A program made the position numbers and the translations under genes. Source: Gammaproteobacteria bacterium (GTDB lineage Bacteria; Pseudomonadota; Gammaproteobacteria; Steroidobacterales; PWYM01). Taken from it: a DNA stretch of 64,000 nucleotides. Positions 1 through 10,100 of this stretch are shown here, in pieces (positions within the stretch are counted from its first letter, which is position 1; each line of letters starts with the position of its first letter). The notes under the pieces were generated by a model, which saw only the letters and a list, made by a program, of their open reading frames with translations, did not search any database and was not told the DNA's origin. The stretch spans positions 681 through 64,680 of the forward strand of contig SKYU01000004.1 of the NCBI GenBank assembly GCA_007127715.1, in the 5' to 3' direction.

Positions 1-2254
1 TGCGCTGGAGGCCCTGCCCGGGGTGGCCTCGGTGTTAAGTATCCTGGACGTGCCCCTGCTGGACAGCCCACGCGTCGGTTTTGCCGAGATCCAGGCAGGG
101 ACACGCACTCTGCTGGACCCGGACACTGATCGCGACCTGGCGCGCGAAGAATTCCGCAGCAGTCCCCTGTACCGCGACCTGCTGATGAACCGGGACGCCG
201 ATACCACCGCCCTGATTCTGTTCCTGGCGCGCGACGAGGACGCGCATACCCTGCTGACGCGTCGGGACGCCCTGCGGGTCAAACGGGGGGTGGACGGGCT
301 CGACGAGGCGGAGCGCCGTGAGCTCGCCCGGCTCGACACCGACTATCCCGCAGTCAGCGAACGTCTCCAGGCTGAACAGGCGGCTGTGATCGCCGAGGTC
401 CGTGCCGTCCTCGACGCGCACCGCGACCCTGCGCGGATCCATCTGGGCGGCGTACCCATGATCGCTGTCGACATGATCGACTTCGTGCGGGGCGATATCC
501 GGACCTTCGGGATCGGTGTCGGCCTGTTCATCCTGCTGCTCCTGGCGGTCAGCTTTCGGCAGCTGCGTTGGGTGGTGATCCCCAGCGTGGTGTGCGGCGG
601 GGTCGTGGTGGGGATGGTGGGGTTCCTCGGGCTGGTCGGCTGGCCCGTGACTGTCGTGTCCTCGAACTTCATCTCGCTGATCCTCATCCTGTCGCTGTCG
701 CTGGTCGTGCACCTGGTCGTGCGCCAGCGCGAGTTGCACCAGATGACTCCGGGCGCGGGTCCGCGGGTGCTGATGCGCGGCACCGTCGAGAGCAAGTTCA
801 AGCCCTCGCTGTACACGGCACTGACCACCATGGTGGCCTTCGGTTCGATGCTGTTCGCGGACATCCGTCCGGTGATGGATTTCGGCCTGATGATGGTCGT
901 CGCCGTCGCCTTCGCGCTGGTACTGACCTTCCTGATGTTTCCGGCCCTGGTGATGTTGCTGCCCGCTGGCCCTGTGCCGCCTGTGCGGCGGGACCTTACG
1001 GCGCGTGTCAGTGCAGCGCTGGTGGGCCTTGCCCAGCACAGACCCGCCTGGGTGGGCCTGGGGTTTGTGATGGTGGTACTGGTCTCGCTCGCCGGGATCA
1101 ACCGTCTCACCGTGGAAAACCGGTTCATTGATTATTTCAAATCCAGCACGGAGATCTACCAGGGCATGGAGCTGATCGACCGTGAACTCGGTGGCACCAC
1201 CCCTCTGGACGTGGTGCTGGATGCCACCCGTGCGTTTCTTGACTTCGAACTTGCGGAAGTCGAGCCAGGCACCGACGGCTCCGACGGTTCACTGAACGAT
1301 GACCTGGATTTCCTGGACGACCTGGACTACGGCTACGACGAGGACCGGGAAGGCCCCATCGGAGGATACTGGTTCACCAGCTACCAGCTCGATACCCTGG
1401 AGCGTATCCAGGCCTACCTGGACGGATTGCCCGAAACCGGCAAGATTCTCTCGGTGGCGACCAGCATGCGGCTGATCACTATGCTCAACAATGACGAGCC
1501 GCTGGACGGATTCGGCCTGGCGGTCATGTATGAACGCATGCCGCCGGAGCTGCGCGAACTGCTGTTCGACCCCTACATTTCAGCCGACGGCCACCAGGTG
1601 CGTTTCGACATCCGGGTCATCGACTCCGATCCAAATCTCTCGCGGGACGCCTTGCTGAGGCAGATCGAGCGCGAACTCGTGGAGCGTTTCGAGCTGCTGC
1701 CGGAGCAGGTGAATCTGACCGGGATGCTGGTGCTTTACAACAACGTGATGCAGAGTCTGGTACGGTCCCTGTACCTCACGATGGTGCTGGTGTTCGGCGC
1801 CATGATGGTGATGTTTGCGCTGCTTTTCCGGTCATGGAAGATGGCGCTGGTCGGCCCGCTGCCGACCCTGATTGCGGCGCTGGCAGTGATGGGTGCCATG
1901 GGGCTTGCAGGTCTGCCGCTTGACATCATGACCATGACCATCGCGGCGATCACCATCGGCATCGGTGTGCACGACACCATCCATTACACCCACCGCTACC
2001 AGGCGGAGGTGCAGGCGGGGGCTGATGACGCCCTGGCGGCGCGGACGTCCCACCTGCAGGTGGGACGGGCCATGATCTATACCACCGTGATCATTGTTGG
2101 CGGGTTTTCCATTCTGGCCGCCTCGAACTTCATGCCCACGATCTACTTCGGTCTGCTGACCGGGGTGGCCATGCTGTTTGCGCTGTTCAGCAACCTGACG
2201 CTGCTGCCGCTGCTGCTCCAGTGGTGGCGGCCGTTTGCCCCGCGGTCGACCTAG
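1..2254 (+). CDS. RND-superfamily exporter of the MMPL/COG1033 (HpnN-like) type, 5' end cut by the window edge
   Basis: The frame is open from base 2 with no upstream stop. There are two blocks of about 6 hydrophobic helices separated by a large soluble loop with an acidic insert (DDLDFLDDLDYGYDED). TAG stop at 2252-2254. Confidence 0.8.
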   Translation, partial: ALEALPGVASVLSILDVPLLDSPRVGFAEIQAGTRTLLDPDTDRDLAREEFRSSPLYRDLLMNRDADTTALILFLARDEDAHTLLTRRDALRVKRGVDGLDEAERRELARLDTDYPAVSERLQAEQAAVIAEVRAVLDAHRDPARIHLGGVPMIAVDMIDFVRGDIRTFGIGVGLFILLLLAVSFRQLRWVVIPSVVCGGVVVGMVGFLGLVGWPVTVVSSNFISLILILSLSLVVHLVVRQRELHQMTPGAGPRVLMRGTVESKFKPSLYTALTTMVAFGSMLFADIRPVMDFGLMMVVAVAFALVLTFLMFPALVMLLPAGPVPPVRRDLTARVSAALVGLAQHRPAWVGLGFVMVVLVSLAGINRLTVENRFIDYFKSSTEIYQGMELIDRELGGTTPLDVVLDATRAFLDFELAEVEPGTDGSDGSLNDDLDFLDDLDYGYDEDREGPIGGYWFTSYQLDTLERIQAYLDGLPETGKILSVATSMRLITMLNNDEPLDGFGLAVMYERMPPELRELLFDPYISADGHQVRFDIRVIDSDPNLSRDALLRQIERELVERFELLPEQVNLTGMLVLYNNVMQSLVRSLYLTMVLVFGAMMVMFALLFRSWKMALVGPLPTLIAALAVMGAMGLAGLPLDIMTMTIAAITIGIGVHDTIHYTHRYQAEVQAGADDALAARTSHLQVGRAMIYTTVIIVGGFSILAASNFMPTIYFGLLTGVAMLFALFSNLTLLPLLLQWWRPFAPRST

Positions 2255-3552
2255 AACCCCAGGGTGGTTGCGAACTGCAGACGGTTCATGCGACCTGTGG
2301 CGCCTGACTCGATTTCCCGTCTGGCGTGGATGTACTCGAGACCGAAGCGCAGGTCCGCGGTAGCCTGGTAGATGAGGTTCACGTGTGCACTTTCGGCAGT
2401 GCGAGTCACGGCGGTGCCGGCGAGCGCGGTGTCGTGGTCCGCGCGGAACATCGAAACGGTGAAGTTCGAGCGCCAGCGCGGATTCCAGATGTGCCGGTAG
2501 GACAGGAACCCGCCCCATGCGTCGATGGTTTCCAGTTGCCCATTCGGACCGATCACGGCGTCGTTGGCGGTGTTCAGGCCCAGGTATCGGCCGATCCCCG
2601 GGCCACCGGAGAGCATCCAGCGGAGGTCGTTCTGTCCGAGGTCGATGCGCCCGGAGGCGCTCAGTCCCCAGGCGAACTGTCGCTCGCGCCCCTCGGGAGT
2701 GTCCAGACCGAGTTCTCGACCCAGTACCGCCATACTCAGGTGACCCCAGTCGGCGGTAAGGTTGTAGCGCATGACCATGTCCGGGACGCGCGCCGTGTCG
2801 GTGACCAGACGGGCGCCGCCGCCGAAGGGCGTGAGTGTAGTCTCGGGATTCTCGACGGCGATCTGCCAGGGGCCTCGGGTATAGCGGAGCTGGGGTTGAC
2901 GTACGAAGATCGTGCCCTCTGAGGGCCCGATGAAATCCACGTTCTCCGGCAGGGCGCCCACATTGAAGAACGTGGTCCACGCCTGGCCCGCCAGCAGGCC
3001 GCGCCAGCGCAGGAACGCCTGGCGGACATTCGGACTGGTCGCGTTGGTGAGCCGCTCGTCGCCGCCGGTATTGGCTGAGAAATCGAATTCCAGGAACGCC
3101 TGGAGGTCTTCGCGGGGCCGGGTGACATCGAAAATGAAGCGGCTTTCGCGGGTGTGGCTGTCGAAGTCGGTGGCGGAAGCCTCCCCACCGACCGGCACGG
3201 CCGCCGGCACATGGAAATCGCGCAGCACGCCCTGCGCCGGGACGCGGCCGCCACTGTAGCGGCTCAGCATCATGTCGTGCTTGATGAAGCCGGTGAAGCG
3301 GAATTCGGTGCCGGGGCCGGCCGGAGGTGATACCGGTTCCGCCTGCCAGCTGGGTGGGGGGGCCACGGTCTCGTGCGCGGGCGCCTCCCGACTGGCTGAC
3401 GACTGGTCGCCTGCGAGTAACGCGGCGACCAGTCGCTCGAGCTCTGCTACACGGGCTTCCAGGGCCTGTTCGCGGTCGTTCCCGACCGCCAGGCCAGGTG
3501 TCCCGAGTGCAAGCGCGAGGCCAAGTATTGGCGCGATGCGAGAACCGTTCAT
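2251..3552 (-). CDS. Outer-membrane porin, DcaP-like (N-terminal coiled coil plus beta-barrel)
   Basis: Signal peptide MNGSRIAPILGLALALGTPGLAVG. Coiled-coil stretch EQALEARVAELERLVAALLA. The rest is rich in alternating aromatic/polar beta-strand patterns, with the C-terminal OMP signature ...QFATTLGF. Confidence 0.7.
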   Translation of the reverse strand: MNGSRIAPILGLALALGTPGLAVGNDREQALEARVAELERLVAALLAGDQSSASREAPAHETVAPPPSWQAEPVSPPAGPGTEFRFTGFIKHDMMLSRYSGGRVPAQGVLRDFHVPAAVPVGGEASATDFDSHTRESRFIFDVTRPREDLQAFLEFDFSANTGGDERLTNATSPNVRQAFLRWRGLLAGQAWTTFFNVGALPENVDFIGPSEGTIFVRQPQLRYTRGPWQIAVENPETTLTPFGGGARLVTDTARVPDMVMRYNLTADWGHLSMAVLGRELGLDTPEGRERQFAWGLSASGRIDLGQNDLRWMLSGGPGIGRYLGLNTANDAVIGPNGQLETIDAWGGFLSYRHIWNPRWRSNFTVSMFRADHDTALAGTAVTRTAESAHVNLIYQATADLRFGLEYIHARREIESGATGRMNRLQFATTLGF

Positions 3553-3632
3553 CCCTCTCCCCCTTGGTGGCAGCCACCCACGGCGACCCGGGCATCACTA
3601 TGGGCGGCCTGCTGCGGTGTCGCCATTGGCGG

Positions 3633-3655
3633 AAGGTCGATACGACCAAGGTCGA
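3633..3655. promoter_or_regulatory. Array of GGTCG/CGACC half-sites (GGTCG-ata-CGACC-aa-GGTCG) in the divergent porin/crbR intergenic region
   Basis: AAGGTCGA occurs at 3633-3640 and 3648-3655, and AAGGTCGC at 3683-3690. The same half-sites form a perfect palindrome at 4483-4496. Confidence 0.35.
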
Positions 3656-3784
3656 ACAGTGCCGTGTGTCAGAGGCAAGACGAAGGTCGCATGCCGGAGG
3701 TCGCCGAGGGGCTGCTAGACTCGCGGGCATACGGTTGCCGGTCATGCTGGAAGCTGCCGGCCTGACGTTTCCATGGGGGTGCTG

Positions 3785-4468
3785 ATGCCCGCCGGAGCCA
3801 GCTACAAGGTCATCGTGGCCGATGACCATCCGTTGTTTCGTGAAGCGTTGGGGTTGGCCCTCGACCGCGCGCTCGGTGGGGTATCCGTGGTCGAAGCGAG
3901 CACCATGGATGAACTCGAACGGGTCTCGCGGGAGCACGAGGATGCCGACCTGGCGATGCTCGACCTGCATATGCCCGGGGTCCAGGGCTTTTCCGCATTG
4001 GTCTACCTGCGTGCTCATCACCCAGGTCTGCCGGTGTGCGTGATCTCGGCGAATGACAACCCCCTGGTCATCCAGCGCGCCCTTGATCATGGCGCTGCGG
4101 CGTTCATTCAGAAATCCGCCCCGGTAGGCGAAATCCGGGCCGCCCTGCAGGCAGTCCTCGCCGGCGATCTGTGGCAGCCACCGGGCCTCGATCCGCTGGG
4201 CGCCGGGGCCCCTGCGGACGAGCTGGAGGTGGCCGAGCGTATAGGTGAGCTCACGCCCCAGCAGTTCCGGGTCCTCATGATGGTCACCGAGGGGTTGCTC
4301 AACAAGCAGATTGCCTTCGAGCTCGCCATCTCGGAGGCTACGGTCAAGGCTCACATGACTGCGATTTTCCGCAAGCTCGCTGTCAGCAACCGGACCCAGG
4401 CTGTCCTGGTGGCGAGGCGGCTGGCTGTGGACGCCCCTGAGCAGAGCAGCCGAGAATTCAGCGCCTGA
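3785..4468 (+). CDS. crbR: LuxR/FixJ-family response regulator (REC plus LuxR HTH), CrbR-like
   Basis: YKVIVADDHPLFREAL... followed by the phospho-acceptor region DLAMLDLHMPG. C-terminal HTH LTPQQFRVLMMVTEGLLNKQIAFELAISEATVKAHMTAIFRKL. It sits beside a DUF4212/SSS permease pair and an SLC5-domain hybrid kinase. ATG 3785 follows a GGGGG run; ATG 3773 is an alternative. Confidence 0.85.
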   Translation: MPAGASYKVIVADDHPLFREALGLALDRALGGVSVVEASTMDELERVSREHEDADLAMLDLHMPGVQGFSALVYLRAHHPGLPVCVISANDNPLVIQRALDHGAAAFIQKSAPVGEIRAALQAVLAGDLWQPPGLDPLGAGAPADELEVAERIGELTPQQFRVLMMVTEGLLNKQIAFELAISEATVKAHMTAIFRKLAVSNRTQAVLVARRLAVDAPEQSSREFSA

Positions 4469-4482
4469 GGTGGCAGGCGTGC

Positions 4483-4496
4483 ACGACCATGGTCGT
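4483..4496. promoter_or_regulatory. Perfect 14-bp palindrome ACGACCATGGTCGT upstream of the DUF4212/symporter operon (candidate response-regulator operator)
   Basis: Read directly from the sequence. It lies about 90 bp upstream of ATG 4587 and shares CGACC/GGTCG half-sites with 3633-3655. Confidence 0.4.
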
Positions 4497-4586
4497 ATGG
4501 GCAGTCGCGGCGCGCGCGCCTAGACTGCGGGCAGCCTGGCGGTACATCCCGTGCCGGCAGGGGGGTCTCGAGGGGGAGCACAGCCA

Positions 4587-4853
4587 ATGACGAACGAGAA
4601 GTCCGCCGCGGCATACTGGTCGGCGAATCTGCGCATCATCATCATCTGCATGGCCATCTGGGCGCTCGTATCCATTGGCTTCGGGATCGTCCTGCGGCCG
4701 GTACTGGCCATGCTGCCCATCACGATCGGCGGCACAGATCTCGGTTTCTGGTTCGCGCAGCAGGGCTCGATCCTCACGTTCATCGCCCTGATCTTCTACT
4801 ACACCTGGTATATGAATCGCCTCGACCGCCGCTTCGGCGTAGACGAGCAGTAA
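4587..4853 (+). CDS. DUF4212 small membrane subunit of a sodium:solute symporter
   Basis: MTNEKSAAAYWSANLRII... with two TM helices and FWFAQQGSILTFIALIFYYTWYMNRLD, typical of DUF4212. GAGGGGGAG RBS upstream of ATG 4587. It ends 12 bp before the symporter gene. Confidence 0.85.
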   Translation: MTNEKSAAAYWSANLRIIIICMAIWALVSIGFGIVLRPVLAMLPITIGGTDLGFWFAQQGSILTFIALIFYYTWYMNRLDRRFGVDEQ

Positions 4854-4865
4854 GGAGGCGGTGAC

Positions 4866-6638
4866 ATGGACCAGTATGTTCTCAACCTGATCGTTGTCGG
4901 CGCCTCGTTCGCGCTGTATGTCGGAATCGCCATCTGGGCCCGTGCCGGGAGCACGGCCGATTACTACACGGCCAGCCGCGGCGTAAACCCCGTGGTCAAC
5001 GGCGCGGCGACCGCAGCCGACTGGATGTCCGCGGCCTCGTTCATCTCGATGGCTGGATTGATCGCCTTCGTGGGTTACGGTAATTCGAGCTATCTCATGG
5101 GCTGGACGGGCGGCTACGTCCTGCTGGCTCTGCTGCTCGCCCCGTATCTGCGCAAGTTCGGCCGGTTCACGGTGCCGGAGTTCATCGGTGACCGGTTCTA
5201 CAGCCAGAGTGCGCGGATTGTCGCCGTCATCTGTCTGCTGGTGATCTCCATCACCTATGTCATCGGTCAGATGACCGGTGCCGGCGTCGCCTTTTCCCGG
5301 TTCCTGGAAGTGCCGAACACCACGGGCCTGGTCATTGCCTCGACCGTCGTATTCATTTATGCAGTACTTGGCGGCATGAAAGGCATCACCTACACGCAGC
5401 TCGCGCAGTACTGTGTCCTGATCACCGCCTACACCATTCCTGCCGTGTTCATCTCTCTGCAGCTGACCCAGAATCCGGTACCGGCGCTCGGGCTGTTCTC
5501 CACCCACGCCGAATCCGGTATGCCGCTGCTGACACGGCTGGATCAGGTTCTGACCGAGCTCGGGTTCCATGATTACACCGGGCACCACGGGACCACCCTC
5601 AACATGGTGCTCTTCACCCTGTCGCTGATGGTCGGTACCGCAGGGTTGCCGCACGTGATCATCCGTTTCTTCACGGTGCCCAAGGTGGCGGATGCCCGCA
5701 AGTCGGCCGGCTGGGCGCTGGTGTTCATCGCGCTGCTCTATCTGACGGCACCGGCAGTTGGCGCGATGGCCAAGCTCAATATCATCACGACGCTCTATCC
5801 CGACGGGACCAGCGAGCCGCCGATTGCCTACGAGGACAAGCCCGACTGGATGAGCAACTGGGCGCAGACCGGGCTGTTGCAGTTCGAGGACAAGAACGAG
5901 GACGGACGCATCCAGTACTACAACGACCGTTCCGAGGCCTTCGCGGAAGTCGCCGCCGAGCGCGGTTGGGAAGGCAACGAGATCGTGGTTTTCAACCAGG
6001 ATATCCTGGTGCTGGCGAATCCCGAGATCGCGCAGCTGCCCGGCTGGGTGCTCGCGCTGATCGCCGCCGGTGGGCTGGCTGCCGCGCTGTCGACGGCGGC
6101 GGGATTGCTGCTGGCCATCTCCTCGGCCATCAGTCATGACGTCCTGAAGTCGGTGCTGACGCCAGGGATCAGCGATCGCCAGGAGCTGCTGGCCGCGCGC
6201 GTCTCGATGGCCTTTGCCATCGTGCTCGCCACCTGGCTTGGCCTCAATCCACCGGGCTTCGCCGCCCAGGTGGTCGCGCTCGCCTTCGGTCTGGCGGCCG
6301 CGACCCTGTTCCCGGCGCTGATGATGGGCATCTTCTCCAAGAAGATGAATACCCAGGGTGCGGTCGCCGGCATGCTGGTCGGGCTGTTCAGCACGCTGCT
6401 CTACATCTTCACCTACCTCGGATGGTTCTTCGTACCGGGGACGGCCATGTTGGATAACGTACAGGAGAACTGGCTGTTCGGCATCTCGCCGCTTTCGTTC
6501 GGCGCTGTGGGTGCGATGCTGAATTTCGGTTCCGCCTGGCTGGTGATGAAGTTCACCAAGGCACCGCCGCCTGAGATCCAGGAGCTGGTCGAGAGCATTC
6601 GCGTGCCGCGAGGCGCGGCAGCGGCCATCGATCACTGA
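4866..6638 (+). CDS. Sodium:solute symporter family permease (ActP-related, the type paired with DUF4212)
   Basis: 590 aa with about 13 TM segments. SSS-type N-terminus YYTASRGVNPVVNGAATAADWMSAASFISMAGLIAF. AAGGAGG RBS upstream. Confidence 0.9.
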   Translation: MDQYVLNLIVVGASFALYVGIAIWARAGSTADYYTASRGVNPVVNGAATAADWMSAASFISMAGLIAFVGYGNSSYLMGWTGGYVLLALLLAPYLRKFGRFTVPEFIGDRFYSQSARIVAVICLLVISITYVIGQMTGAGVAFSRFLEVPNTTGLVIASTVVFIYAVLGGMKGITYTQLAQYCVLITAYTIPAVFISLQLTQNPVPALGLFSTHAESGMPLLTRLDQVLTELGFHDYTGHHGTTLNMVLFTLSLMVGTAGLPHVIIRFFTVPKVADARKSAGWALVFIALLYLTAPAVGAMAKLNIITTLYPDGTSEPPIAYEDKPDWMSNWAQTGLLQFEDKNEDGRIQYYNDRSEAFAEVAAERGWEGNEIVVFNQDILVLANPEIAQLPGWVLALIAAGGLAAALSTAAGLLLAISSAISHDVLKSVLTPGISDRQELLAARVSMAFAIVLATWLGLNPPGFAAQVVALAFGLAAATLFPALMMGIFSKKMNTQGAVAGMLVGLFSTLLYIFTYLGWFFVPGTAMLDNVQENWLFGISPLSFGAVGAMLNFGSAWLVMKFTKAPPPEIQELVESIRVPRGAAAAIDH

Positions 6639-7156
6639 TGCTGCTGGAATTCATCGCCGCGATCGCGCTGGGGCTGGGCACCGCCGGTGTGGCCATGGCC
6701 CTGAACCTTGCCCTGCGGCGGCGGTTGCCGGCCTGGACGGTGCCGGCGGCGGCCGGACTGGCGATGATCGGGTTCATGGTGCACATGGAATACGCCTGGG
6801 CCGAACGCACCACGGGACAGCTGCCGGACGGCGTGGTCGTCGCCTCGACCGGCCAGACGGTCTCCTGGTATCGGCCCTGGACCTGGATCAAGCCGCTGGA
6901 ATTGCGGATTCTGGCAGTGGATACCCGCCGCAGCCGACGTCATCCAGACGCGCCGGGACAGGTCATGACCACCGTGATACTGCTGGAGCGCTGGATGCCG
7001 ACGCGGGAGATTCCGGTGGTGTTCGACTGCCTCGGCGCACGTCGTGCAGATCTGCATGCTGGCGTGGAACTGGCAGCAGATGGTCGGCTGGAAGGTGCAA
7101 CCTGGCGGCAGATCGGTGCCGAGGACCCTGCCCTGCGTGTGGCCTGCGGCGCCTGA
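6638..7156 (+). CDS. Hypothetical membrane protein (two N-terminal TM helices plus a soluble domain)
   Basis: The ATG overlaps the symporter TGA (TGATG at 6636-6640). Coding-like third-position GC. I recognise no family motif. Confidence 0.55.
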   Translation: MLLEFIAAIALGLGTAGVAMALNLALRRRLPAWTVPAAAGLAMIGFMVHMEYAWAERTTGQLPDGVVVASTGQTVSWYRPWTWIKPLELRILAVDTRRSRRHPDAPGQVMTTVILLERWMPTREIPVVFDCLGARRADLHAGVELAADGRLEGATWRQIGAEDPALRVACGA

Positions 7157-7165
7157 CTGGCGATC

Positions 7166-10100
7166 TCAATGCAGGCCCCGCGACGAGGTGGCGCGGTGGG
7201 GGGGCGCGGTAGCGAGTCGGCCCAGCAGAGCGCGAAGTGCCGCAGGCTTGAGCGGTTTGGTCAGAACCCGCAGGCCGATGGTGCGCGCCCGTTCCCGCAC
7301 CGTTTCGCTCTGGTCGGCGGTGATCAGGATGCCTGGCAGCGTTGGCATCGCCCACTGTTCGCGCAGCGCAGCCATGACTGACAGCCCGTCCTGGCCGTCA
7401 TCGAGATGGTAATCGACCAGCACCACATCGGGTGGAGCCGCGCGCCTTGCCAGCAGCTGACGCGCGTCCGCGCCGCTGGTTGCTGTGAGTACCTCGCAGC
7501 CCCACGGCCGTATCAGCGCACCCATCCCTGCAAGGATGTCTTCCTCGTTGTCGATACACAGCACCACGAGTCCCGTCAGGTCCTGGGGATTGCGCCGTCT
7601 CGCTGGACGTGTCAACGAGGTTGTCTCTCCAGCGCGTGCAAGCGGTACCGTGATTTCGAACACCGTGCCATGGCCCGGGCGCGAGCGAACCTGGACCGGG
7701 TGATCGAGCATTCTGGCGACACGTTCCACGATCGCGAGCCCCAGTCCGAGTCCCCGTCCCTGGCCGCGCTGTGCGCCCTGCAGGCGGTGAAATTCGCGGA
7801 AGATCGCTTCCGTCTGATCGGCGGGGATTCCCGGGCCGGTATCGAGAACCTGGATGACCAACTCACCGGCCCGCCTGCGGCAGCCGAGCAGCACGCGACC
7901 GGAGGGTGTGTAACGCAGTGCATTGGAGAGGAAGTTCTGCAGGATCCGGCGCAGCAGTTTCGGATCGGAACGTACGGTCGCACTGCAGTCGATACGGTCG
8001 AAACGCAGCCCACGTTCCGCGGCCAGGGCCGAGAATTCGGCATACAGCGGGTCCAGCAGCTCCGAGACCGGGAAGCTCCGCAGCTCCACCGGCATGGCGC
8101 CCGCGTCCAGCCGCGAGATGTCGAGCAGCGCACTCAACAACTGCTCGGCACTCTCGAGCGCGCCGTCCAGCCGCTCCACCAGGTGTTGCTGTTCAGAGGT
8201 CTGCCCGGGGAGCTGGGCCAGCGACGAGGCAAACAGCCGGGCGGCATTCATCGGCTGGAGCAGGTCATGGCTGGCCGCCGCCAGGAAACGGGTCTTGGAC
8301 TGGTTGGCCTCGTCGGCCGCCGCCTTGGCCACCCTCAGCGCCTCTTCGACCCGCGCGCGCATGGTGACCTCGCGCCGCAGCTCGGCGTTGAGTCCGGTGA
8401 GTTCACGGGTGCGTTCGTCGACACGCTGCTCAAGCCCGCCCAGCGCCTCGGTCAGGCGTTTTTCACTGTCACGAAGCGCGGCTTCAGTCCGCCGCCGGGC
8501 GGTCACGTCGGTGAAGCTGGTCACGAAGCCACCGCCCGGCATGGGGTTGCCGCGGATCTCGATCACCCGGCCATCGGCGCCGACGCGTTCGTAGTAATGC
8601 GGGCTGCGCTGGCGCAGCCAGGCCATGCGACGCTCGACCAGTGTGGCGATCTCGCCCTCGCCGAGCCAGCCGCGGCGTGCGTTGAACTCAAGCACCTCGA
8701 CGATCGGGCGGCCGATATGAATCAGGCCTTCCGGGTAGTCGAACAGCCGCAGATACGCCCTGTTCCAGGCGACCAGGCGGAATTCAGCGTCGATCACGCT
8801 GATGCCCTCGGAGAGGTTTTCCATGGCCGACTGCAGCAGTTCCTGCCGGAACTTGAGGCGCTGGGAGGTCCGGTCGAGGAGGCGGACGACCGCGTCGAAA
8901 CGCATGCCTGTCCCCGCGAGCGCGGAGGTCAGCACCTGGCGTGCGGAACTCGCCCCGATGACGCCAGACAGCACCCGTTCGGTATGCTGCAGCAGCTCGC
9001 CATCGGCGGGCTGGTCCTCATGCAGCGGCTGTCCGCGCTGTCGGGCGTACGCCTCGAAGGTCTGGCGGCTTCGGCTCTCTCCAAGGAACCGCTGGGTCAG
9101 GGCCATGAAATCGCCGACCTTGGCGATCCCGACACCGGGCAGGGCGTCGGCAGTCGCGCCGAGGGCCGCGCCGTGGAAGGCGTTCGCCTGGATGCGGTCG
9201 ATGGGCCGTTCCTGGCCGGCCCAGGTTCCGGCCAGCAGTCCGCCAACGTTCATCAGCAGCGACCAGAATACGCCGTGGCTGAGGGGGTCGTCGAAGCGGC
9301 TGCCGAAAAGCGCCTCGGGTCTCAGCCAGGCGATCCCCAGCGGCCCCTCGTCCAGCCAGCCGGTCAGCACGCCCGTGCCCTGCAGGATCACCGGCAGCAT
9401 CAGGCAGTAGAACCACCCGGCGAAACCGAGCGAGAGCCCGAGTGTGGCGCCATGGCGGTTGGCGCCGCGCCAGTACGCTGCCGCGACCATCAGCGGGCCG
9501 AACTGGGCGACTGCGGCGAACGACAGCAGCCCGATGCCCGCCAGCGTCTCCGCATAGCCGAACAACCGATAGTAGCCCCAGGCGAACAGCAGCAGTGCGA
9601 CGATGACCAGCCTGCGCACCCCCAGCAGGAGTCGCCCGAGGTCGGCTTCCCCCGCCGCGCGCGCGGCATGTCTGCGCAGCAGCGCGGGCATCACGATGTC
9701 ATTGGACACCATGGTGGACAGGGCCACGGCCGCGACGATCACCATGCCGGTTGCCGCAGAGAAGCCGCCGATCATGGCGAGCAAGGCCAGGCCATGTTGT
9801 CCCGCAGACAGGGGCAGGGCGATCATGAAGGTGTCGGAGGGCACGCCGCGCTCGAAGCTGAGCAGTCCGGCCACGGCGATCGGCACCACGAACACGCTGA
9901 TCAACACGAGGTAGGCCGGGAAGAGGATCCGCGCCCAGCGCACATCGCGCTCGCTGGTGCTCTCCACCACGGCCACATGAAACTGTCGGGGCAGACAGAA
10001 TATGGCCAGCATCGACAGGAGAAGGATGGTGAAGAAGCTGAGCGTGAGCGCATCCGGTGCGAACATGCCCGCCACCACCGCGTCGTCGATCCGCAGCGGA

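Noticed and set aside
1832-4354. 840-aa minus-strand ORF spanning three real genes
   Set aside because: It overlaps the exporter, porin and response-regulator genes in shadow frames. It is Pro/Arg/Gly-rich and has no motifs.
4458-6635. 725-aa minus-strand ORF
   Set aside because: It is antisense to the DUF4212 and symporter genes, whose translations have clear family signatures.
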